Of a stretch of DNA of 17,293 nucleotides, positions 8,941 through 15,135 are shown piece by piece (the first letter of the stretch is position 1; each line of letters begins with the position of its first letter). The position numbers and the translations under genes are program-made. Source of the stretch: Candidatus Muiribacteriota bacterium (GTDB lineage: Bacteria; Muiribacteriota; Muiribacteriia; Muiribacteriales; Muiribacteriaceae); the NCBI GenBank assembly GCA_051747805.1, contig JBNJGP010000036.1:9723-27015 (forward strand), written 5' to 3'. A model generated the notes under the pieces. It was not told the origin of the DNA. It searched no databases and worked only from the letters and a program-made list of their open reading frames with translations.

Positions 8941-9960
8941 ATGAAAATTTTTGCAGAACCGTTTAATTTAACTTTAATATTTGCTATTCCATTCTTAATC
9001 ATATTGTTTACCTTAATTTATTTTAGAAAAAAATCCTTTATACATAAATATTTTTCAAATGCAAATTTTCAACGATTAACCGGGTTTGATTATAAAAAAA
9101 ATCTTATTTTGAGAGCTGTCTTTTTAAGCCTGACTCTGTTTTTTCTAACTTTATCTCTTGCACGTCCACAATGGGGAAGAGAAGTGGTTGAAACAAAAAG
9201 ACATGGAATGGATATAATGGTAGCAGTTGATTTATCTAACAGTATGTATGTTGAGGATATGTCACCCTCAAGATATTTCTGGGCAAAAGAGGCCGTAAAT
9301 GAAATATTAAATGGTCTGGTAAATGACAGAATTTCTCTGGTAATATTTGGAGGATCACCTCTTGAAATGGTGCCTTTTTCCCTTGATTATGGTGCTGTAG
9401 AAGTTGCGCTTGATAGTATAGAGCCTAATTATTTTCCTCTTCAGGGCACCAATTATGCTGATTTGCTTAAAACTTCCAGAGAAATTTTTGAGCGTTCTCA
9501 TGCAGCCTCAAAAGTTATGATTATCATTTCTGATGGGGAAGACCATTCAAATATTGATGAAAGCATTTTGGAAATTGATGATGTGGTAGTTTACACAATC
9601 GGGGTAGGAACAACTTCAGGTGAGATTGTCCCGGTTTTTGATGACAAAGGAACTAGAACAGGAGTTAAGAAAATAGGGGATGAGATAGTCATGTCCAGAC
9701 TAGAAGAGAATACATTGAGAGCAATCGCCCATGCAAATGAAGGAAAATATATTCGACTCTCTCATTCAATGAAAGAAATCGATGAATTAATTCACAACCT
9801 TAAACAATTCCACAGAGAAGAACTTGAATCAGACAAACGAGAACATAAAATTGAAAGATTCCCTTATTTCCTTGTTTTCGCCTTCATTTTTCTTCTAATA
9901 GATACAATTCTAATTAATGGATGGGGTCAGGTCTACACTATTCATAAAAATAAAATATAA
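8941..9960 (+). CDS. batB: BatB-like vWA-domain membrane protein; last 12 codons overlap a repeat element
   Basis: LARPQWG, GMDIMVAVDLSNSM..DMSPSR, QGTN, ISDGEDH, YTIGVGT..G, SRLEE..L, C-terminal TM ERFPYFLVFAFIFLLID. Confidence 0.88.
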   Translation: MKIFAEPFNLTLIFAIPFLIILFTLIYFRKKSFIHKYFSNANFQRLTGFDYKKNLILRAVFLSLTLFFLTLSLARPQWGREVVETKRHGMDIMVAVDLSNSMYVEDMSPSRYFWAKEAVNEILNGLVNDRISLVIFGGSPLEMVPFSLDYGAVEVALDSIEPNYFPLQGTNYADLLKTSREIFERSHAASKVMIIISDGEDHSNIDESILEIDDVVVYTIGVGTTSGEIVPVFDDKGTRTGVKKIGDEIVMSRLEENTLRAIAHANEGKYIRLSHSMKEIDELIHNLKQFHREELESDKREHKIERFPYFLVFAFIFLLIDTILINGWGQVYTIHKNKI

Positions 9961-10104
9961 ATCTGGTTTAAATAAGGGAATTTATTGTATAGTGGTTTAA
10001 ATTTTTGTTACCTCTTTATAAGATAAAATTTTAAAAAAATTGTTTTTATATGCAAAAACCTATATATTAGGTTTTTCGAAAGTGAAAAGTGTAGACCTGA
10101 CCCC
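9923..10104. repeat. Inverted-repeat-bounded element 1 (182 bp, MITE-like architecture)
   Basis: Left end GGGGTCAGGTCTACACTATTCA (9923-9944) and right end TGAAAAGTGTAGACCTGACCCC (10083-10104) are 21/22 complementary. AT-rich core. Confidence 0.85.
10054..10076. terminator. Possible bidirectional terminator hairpin between convergent batB and PNP genes
   Basis: AAAAACCTA-TATAT-TAGGTTTTT, a perfect 9-bp but AT-rich and therefore weak stem. Confidence 0.35.
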
Positions 10105-10110
10105 TTTTTA

Positions 10111-10902
10111 TCACTTCAATATTGATTGAATTAATTTGGCAAATTTAGGTTTTGCTGCGGCAGCTGCTGCAACAACTTCTTCGTGATTTGGAACAAAAAG
10201 TGCAGTGCCTGTATGTACATTGGTAATAAGTGAAACTCCAAATATATTTTCAATACCACAGTGTTTTGCGGCTATAACTTCAGGAACAGTTGACATTCCA
10301 ACAGCGTCACCAAACATTCTATACATTCTCTGTTCGGCGGGTGTTTCGTAACAAGGACCGGTAAGGCCGATATAAGCACCTGAAACATAAGGTACATTAT
10401 TATTTTCAGCCGTATTTTTGATAAAATCAACTTTATTGTATGAATTAGTCATTGCTGGGAATCTGGGGCCTGTTTTATCATCATTTGGTCCCATTAGAGG
10501 ATTGTCGCCCATCATGTTGATATGATCGTTTATAATCATTAAATCGCCAACTTTAAAAGAGGGATTAAGTCCCCCAGCAGCATTTGTAACTATCAGATTA
10601 TTAACGCCCAGTTTTTTAAAAATACGAACAGGCATTGCAATTTCTTTCATAGAATAACCTTCATAATAATGAAATCTTCCCTGCATAGCTATAACTTTTT
10701 TCCCGAATAACTCTCCAGCCACAAAGCGATTTTTATGTCCCTCAACTTTAGAAACAGGGAAATTTTCAATATCTTTATATTCAAGAATTTGCGGATTTTG
10801 TATTTTTTCAGCCATATCTCCTAAACCGCTGCCCAGTATAAGTGCATAGTCTGGTTTAATTGTTATATGTTTTTTAATAAATTCTACAGTTTTTTCAATC
10901 AT
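10111..10902 (-). CDS. punA: Purine nucleoside phosphorylase, trimeric inosine/guanosine type
   Basis: LILGSGLG, VEGH, MQGRFHYYEGY, TNAAGG, DHIN, GPRFP, GP.YETPAE, DAVGMSTVPEV, SLITN (Asn equivalent to the 6-oxopurine determinant), NHEEV. Confidence 0.94.
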   Translation of the reverse strand: MIEKTVEFIKKHITIKPDYALILGSGLGDMAEKIQNPQILEYKDIENFPVSKVEGHKNRFVAGELFGKKVIAMQGRFHYYEGYSMKEIAMPVRIFKKLGVNNLIVTNAAGGLNPSFKVGDLMIINDHINMMGDNPLMGPNDDKTGPRFPAMTNSYNKVDFIKNTAENNNVPYVSGAYIGLTGPCYETPAEQRMYRMFGDAVGMSTVPEVIAAKHCGIENIFGVSLITNVHTGTALFVPNHEEVVAAAAAAKPKFAKLIQSILK

Positions 10903-10922
10903 TTTTTACTCCTGCCCCCTTT

Positions 10923-12137
10923 TTAATTATTTTCTATATATTCTAGTTGTTCATGTGTGTAGTTGTCTATTTTTATACCCAGTGACATCAGTTTTAGATT
11001 AGCGATACTTTCGTCGATATATTCAGGAACTTCATATATATTTGCCTGCAATGTGCCGTCATCCTGAAGAAAAAGCTCCAGTGCTAAAAGCTGAAGTGCA
11101 AATGAAATATCCATGACTGCAGCTGGATGGCCTTCTGCGGCAGTCATATTAACAATTCTACCTTCAGCTAAAAGATTTATTCTTTTTCCATTATTAAGAA
11201 TATATTCTATAACATTTGCTCTTGCAAATTTAGAATCTTTTGAGACTTCTTCAAGTCCTTTCATATCAATTTCAATGTTATAATGACCAGCATTACATAA
11301 AATCACATTATCTTTCATCAGCTGTATGCTTTCTTTTGAAATTACATTTAAGTTACCTGTAAATGTACAGAATATATCGCCCTCTATAGCAGCTTCTTTA
11401 AAAGGTAAAACTCTATACCCGTCAAGTGCAGCTTCGAGTGCCCTTTGAGGATTAACCTCACATACAATTACATTTGCTCCCATACCTTCTATTTTCCTTG
11501 CAAAAGTAGCCCCACATTCACCATAACCAACAGTAACAACTGTTTTACCAGCCAGCATACTATTTGTTGCACGGATAATTCCATCAATTACTGATTGTGC
11601 AGTTCCGTGTTTATTATCAAATAAGTTATGACAGAAGGAAAAACTAGTGGCTATAACAGGAAGTTTAAGTAAATTATCATCTTCATATTTTAATAGTTTA
11701 TAATAGCCGGTTGCTGTTTCTTCTGTGGCTCCTTTAAGCGAGGTATTCTGTAGTTCATTTGCTTTAATAACAAGTTCTGCACCATCATCCATAACATAGT
11801 CAGGATTCCATTTTATTATATCTGTAATTGAGTTTTGAATATCTTCGGCGTTCATTCCGCGAAATCCCAGCACTTTAACTTTATCCTGTTTTTTAAGGTA
11901 TTCTACAATATCAGGCTGTGATGATAGTGGATTTGCTGCTGTGATCATTATTTCTGCTCCTGCTCTTGTAAGAATTTTACATAAGTAAGCAGTTTCTGGC
12001 GTAATGTGCAGACACATTCCGATTTTTTTCCCTTCAAAAATTTTTTCAGTAACAAATCTTTCTTCAATTTCTTCTAAAACAGGCATAAATTTTCTTGCCC
12101 ATTTAACTTTACTTTCTGCTTGACTTAACATGTCCAT
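10923..12137 (-). CDS. ahcY: Adenosylhomocysteinase-family protein (short archaeal/Thermotoga-like type) with atypical active-site residues
   Basis: CLHITPETA, NPLSSQ, DDGAE, EETATG, LFDNKHGTAQS, AGKTVVTVGYGECG, NAGHYNIEID, LLAEGRIVN, EGHPAAVMDISFALQ. Confidence 0.85.
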   Translation of the reverse strand: MDMLSQAESKVKWARKFMPVLEEIEERFVTEKIFEGKKIGMCLHITPETAYLCKILTRAGAEIMITAANPLSSQPDIVEYLKKQDKVKVLGFRGMNAEDIQNSITDIIKWNPDYVMDDGAELVIKANELQNTSLKGATEETATGYYKLLKYEDDNLLKLPVIATSFSFCHNLFDNKHGTAQSVIDGIIRATNSMLAGKTVVTVGYGECGATFARKIEGMGANVIVCEVNPQRALEAALDGYRVLPFKEAAIEGDIFCTFTGNLNVISKESIQLMKDNVILCNAGHYNIEIDMKGLEEVSKDSKFARANVIEYILNNGKRINLLAEGRIVNMTAAEGHPAAVMDISFALQLLALELFLQDDGTLQANIYEVPEYIDESIANLKLMSLGIKIDNYTHEQLEYIENN

Positions 12138-12170
12138 GCTCCCAAACCCCCTATTATGTTTATGTCAATT

Positions 12171-13259
12171 TTAATTTTTCACTTTAGAAATTAAATAAAA
12201 ACCAAATCCCAGAAATACAAAATTAGGAAGCCAGGCTGCAATAATTGGTGTAATCTGCCCGGCAACCCCGTATGATTTCAAAAAGGATAAAAATACATAA
12301 TATATAAATATCATAATAACACTTAAACCTAAATTTGTGAACGTTCCAGTTCTTTTTGATGTAGTTCCCATAGCTGCACCTATTAGACCAAAAACCAGGC
12401 AGGAAAATGGCATTGCGGTTTTCTGATAAAGGGCCACGAGGTAATGATTTAGATTTAAAACACCATGGTTACTGAGTGTTTTAATTTTATCATAAAGTTC
12501 TTTCATGGTGAAGGCTTCAGGATCTTCACGGTCAAAATGTTCAATTTGGTCAAGACTATTGTTTAGAGTTATTGTTCTGCTGTTAAAATTTTCTACATTT
12601 TTTATTAATCCTTCTTTATTAAAATAGTTTATTGAGCCTTTTTTGAGGGTCCAGTTTTCATCACTGTCAATTTCTCCGGCTGGTGCTGCCATAGTTTTTA
12701 CTAGCTTTTCGTCATCAAAATAATAAAGCATTAAATGTTCGAATTTTTTGACATAAAAATTAACTTTGCCAATAAAAAGAAATTTATCTTTATCCTCTCT
12801 TAGAAAAATATTTTCTTTTGTTACATATCTGGGAATATTTAAAATTTCATGTCTTTTATAGACTTCTTCCTGCTCAATTGCATGAGGGACTATTCTATCC
12901 ATTACAAAAAAAGTTCCGATACTTGTTAGAAGTGAAAAGATTAAAACAGGTCTTATTAATCTCCAGAAACTGATTCCTCCTGCTTTCATCGCAACTATTT
13001 CGCTTTTTTTTGAATAATTACCCATTGTAATTAAAGTTGCAAGAAGCAGACTCATTGGAAAAACAAATATCAGCTCTTTTGATAGCATTTTATACATAAA
13101 CCATTGTAATACAACATCAGTTTCCCTGCTTTGAGAAATAATATAATTCATTGCATCATATAAAGGATCAATAGACATTATTATAAAAAAGGAAAAAACA
13201 CCGAATATAAAGGGAGGAATAAGAGATTTAAATATATATTTATCAATGATTTTTGTCAT
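12171..13259 (-). CDS. LptF/LptG (YjgP/YjgQ) family permease
   Basis: IIDKYI start, three TMs, SEIVAMKAGGISFWRLIRP, periplasmic beta-rich domain, K.AMPFSCLVFGLIG, C-terminal P.IAAWLPN. Confidence 0.92.
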   Translation of the reverse strand: MTKIIDKYIFKSLIPPFIFGVFSFFIIMSIDPLYDAMNYIISQSRETDVVLQWFMYKMLSKELIFVFPMSLLLATLITMGNYSKKSEIVAMKAGGISFWRLIRPVLIFSLLTSIGTFFVMDRIVPHAIEQEEVYKRHEILNIPRYVTKENIFLREDKDKFLFIGKVNFYVKKFEHLMLYYFDDEKLVKTMAAPAGEIDSDENWTLKKGSINYFNKEGLIKNVENFNSRTITLNNSLDQIEHFDREDPEAFTMKELYDKIKTLSNHGVLNLNHYLVALYQKTAMPFSCLVFGLIGAAMGTTSKRTGTFTNLGLSVIMIFIYYVFLSFLKSYGVAGQITPIIAAWLPNFVFLGFGFYLISKVKN

Positions 13260-13265
13260 GGGGAT

Positions 13266-13294
13266 ATTTTACCTGAAATGAAAAATTAAAACAA
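13266..13294 (-). promoter_or_regulatory. Putative sigma70 promoter of lptF/G-ahcY-punA, leaderless geometry
   Basis: TTGTTT (13294-13289), 17 nt, TAAAAT (13271-13266), 6 nt, ATG (13259). No Shine-Dalgarno in the 6 nt between the -10 box and the ATG. Confidence 0.55.
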
Positions 13295-13295
13295 G

Positions 13296-13324
13296 TTGAC
13301 TAGTTTAATTAGTTGAGGTATTTT
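13296..13324 (+). promoter_or_regulatory. Putative sigma70 promoter of the ABC-F gene, leaderless geometry
   Basis: TTGACT (13296-13301), 17 nt, TATTTT (13319-13324), 6 nt, ATG (13331). Confidence 0.55.
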
Positions 13325-13330
13325 TGAATT

Positions 13331-14944
13331 ATGATTCATGTAAATAATTTAAAGAAACAGTATGGTGATGACATATTATTTGATGAAGTTTCTATTCATA
13401 TAAGAAAAAGGGATAGAATTGCCTTGGTTGGAGATAATGGAACCGGTAAATCAACTTTTTTAAAAATTCTTGCAGGAAAAGAATCAATTGATAATGGTCA
13501 GATAGCCTATACAGGTTCGGCTACAACAGGATATCTTCCTCAATTTTTATATTCTGATGAGGAATATGATAGAAATCTTTTTGAAGAACTTTCTGCTGTT
13601 TTTTCTACAATTAATAAAAAATCCCGTAAATTAACTGAGCTTGAAAATAAAATGGGAAAGCTGGAATACGATTCTGATGAATTTGAAAAAGTTATGGAAA
13701 AATATGGTAATTTACAGGAAGAACTTCAAAAAATGGGATATTATGAAATTGGAGCAAAAATTAAGTCAATATTATTTGGATTAGGTTTTTCTGAGGAGGA
13801 TTTAGAAAAAAAGTGCTCTGAGTTTTCCGGTGGCTGGCAGATGCGTATTGCGCTGGCAAAAATACTGGTTGAGTATCCGGATGTTCTTTTGCTTGATGAG
13901 CCAACTAATCATCTGGATATTGAGGCAAGAAACTGGCTTGAGGATTTTATTAAAAGTTATCCAGGAGCGGTAATTTTAGTTTCACATGATAGATTTTTTC
14001 TTGATTCCACGGTTAAAAGAGTTATAGAAATTTATGCTTCGCAGATGTGGGTATATTCTGGAAATTATTCGAAATTTGAAATTTTGAGAGAAGAATTTAT
14101 AGAGCAGGTTCACAAAGAGGCGCGGGAATATGAGGAAAAAGTATCAAAAACACAGAAATTTATTGATAAATTCCGCTATCAGGCAAATAAGGCAAGCCAA
14201 GTTCAATCAAGAGTGAAAATGCTTAATAAAATGTCTAAACCTGTAATTCCGCCCAAGAAGAAAAGAATATTTTTCCGTTTTCCAAAGGCACCCAATTCTG
14301 GGCATAAAGTGTTAAAAGTAGATGGAGTTTCCAAAGAATTTGATGATAATTTACTTTTTTTTGATGCTTCCTTTGAAGTTGAAAAAGGGGAGAGAATTGC
14401 ACTTGTCGGGAAAAACGGTAAAGGAAAGACAACTTTAATGAAAATAATTGCCGGTATATTAGAGGCAGATACTGGCGAGGTTGAATTTGGTTATAAAGTT
14501 GTATATAACTATTATGCTCAGGAGCCGTCAGAACTTCTGGATTCAAAAAAAACAGTTTATGATGAGTTATATCAGGATGCAGATTCAACACAGGCAGCTC
14601 ATCTGCGCAATGTTCTGGGGGCTTTTTTGTTTTCTGATGACGATGTTTATAAAAGGGTAAAAGTTTTGTCTGGTGGAGAACGTTCAAGACTTGCATTGGC
14701 AAAAATGCTTTTGAAAAAAGCTAATCTGTTAATTCTTGATGAACCAACAAATCATCTTGATTTAACCTCTAAAGATATTTTAATGGACGCCTTAAAGTAC
14801 TTTGAAGGAACAATTATATTTGTTAGTCATGACAGGTATTTTGTTGATAATATCGCCAATCGTATTATTTATCTCCAGGACAAGGAAATAAAATCCTTCA
14901 ATGGTGGTTATGAAGATTATTTAGCAAAAATTCCCACTGTTTAA
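13331..14944 (+). CDS. ABC-F family ribosome-associated ATPase
   Basis: Two ABC domains and no TM segment: GDNGTGKS, FSGGWQMR, LLLDEPTNHLD, VSHDR; helical linker FIDKFRYQANKASQVQSRVK; GKNGKGKT, LSGGE, LILDEPTNHLD, VSHDRYF. Confidence 0.95.
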   Translation: MIHVNNLKKQYGDDILFDEVSIHIRKRDRIALVGDNGTGKSTFLKILAGKESIDNGQIAYTGSATTGYLPQFLYSDEEYDRNLFEELSAVFSTINKKSRKLTELENKMGKLEYDSDEFEKVMEKYGNLQEELQKMGYYEIGAKIKSILFGLGFSEEDLEKKCSEFSGGWQMRIALAKILVEYPDVLLLDEPTNHLDIEARNWLEDFIKSYPGAVILVSHDRFFLDSTVKRVIEIYASQMWVYSGNYSKFEILREEFIEQVHKEAREYEEKVSKTQKFIDKFRYQANKASQVQSRVKMLNKMSKPVIPPKKKRIFFRFPKAPNSGHKVLKVDGVSKEFDDNLLFFDASFEVEKGERIALVGKNGKGKTTLMKIIAGILEADTGEVEFGYKVVYNYYAQEPSELLDSKKTVYDELYQDADSTQAAHLRNVLGAFLFSDDDVYKRVKVLSGGERSRLALAKMLLKKANLLILDEPTNHLDLTSKDILMDALKYFEGTIIFVSHDRYFVDNIANRIIYLQDKEIKSFNGGYEDYLAKIPTV

Positions 14945-14956
14945 AAAATACCCAAA

Positions 14957-15113
14957 GGGGTCAGGTCTACACTTTTCACTTTCGTATTTAAAACACTAAA
15001 TTAATAAAACCTAAAAATATGATATTTTCTTTGTTTTATATGAATTAAACTAAATTTTAATTTCTAAATTTAATTAAAAAGTATGGTTTGGTGAAAAATG
15101 TAGACCTGACCCC
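14957..15113. repeat. Inverted-repeat-bounded element 2 (157 bp, MITE-like architecture)
   Basis: Left end GGGGTCAGGTCTACACTTTTCAC (14957-14979) and right end GTGAAAAATGTAGACCTGACCCC (15091-15113) are 22/23 complementary. Very AT-rich core. Confidence 0.85.
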
Positions 15114-15129
15114 CTCCTTTCGGAGGGGG
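15110..15129 (-). terminator. GC-rich hairpin just after the htpG stop codon
   Basis: CCCCCTCC-TTTC-GGAGGGGG, an 8-bp stem with a GAAA loop on the minus strand. No adjacent U-tract. Confidence 0.45.
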
Positions 15130-15135
15130 GCTGGG

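Noticed and set aside
14235..14702. 155-aa minus-strand ORF
   Set aside because: Antisense to the second ABC-F ATPase domain, with atypical composition and no recognisable motif.
13331..14944. ABC-F as an antibiotic-resistance (ARE) protein
   Set aside because: Motifs and linker look like housekeeping ABC-F and there is no leader or attenuator room upstream. Resistance cannot be supported from sequence alone.
9923..15113. Reading the repeats as a CRISPR array, integron attC sites or a composite transposon
   Set aside because: Copies are inverted and widely spaced rather than tandem with regular spacers. There are no RYYYAAC/GTTRRRY ends, no cas, integrase or transposase gene, no target duplication, and the enclosed genes are housekeeping.
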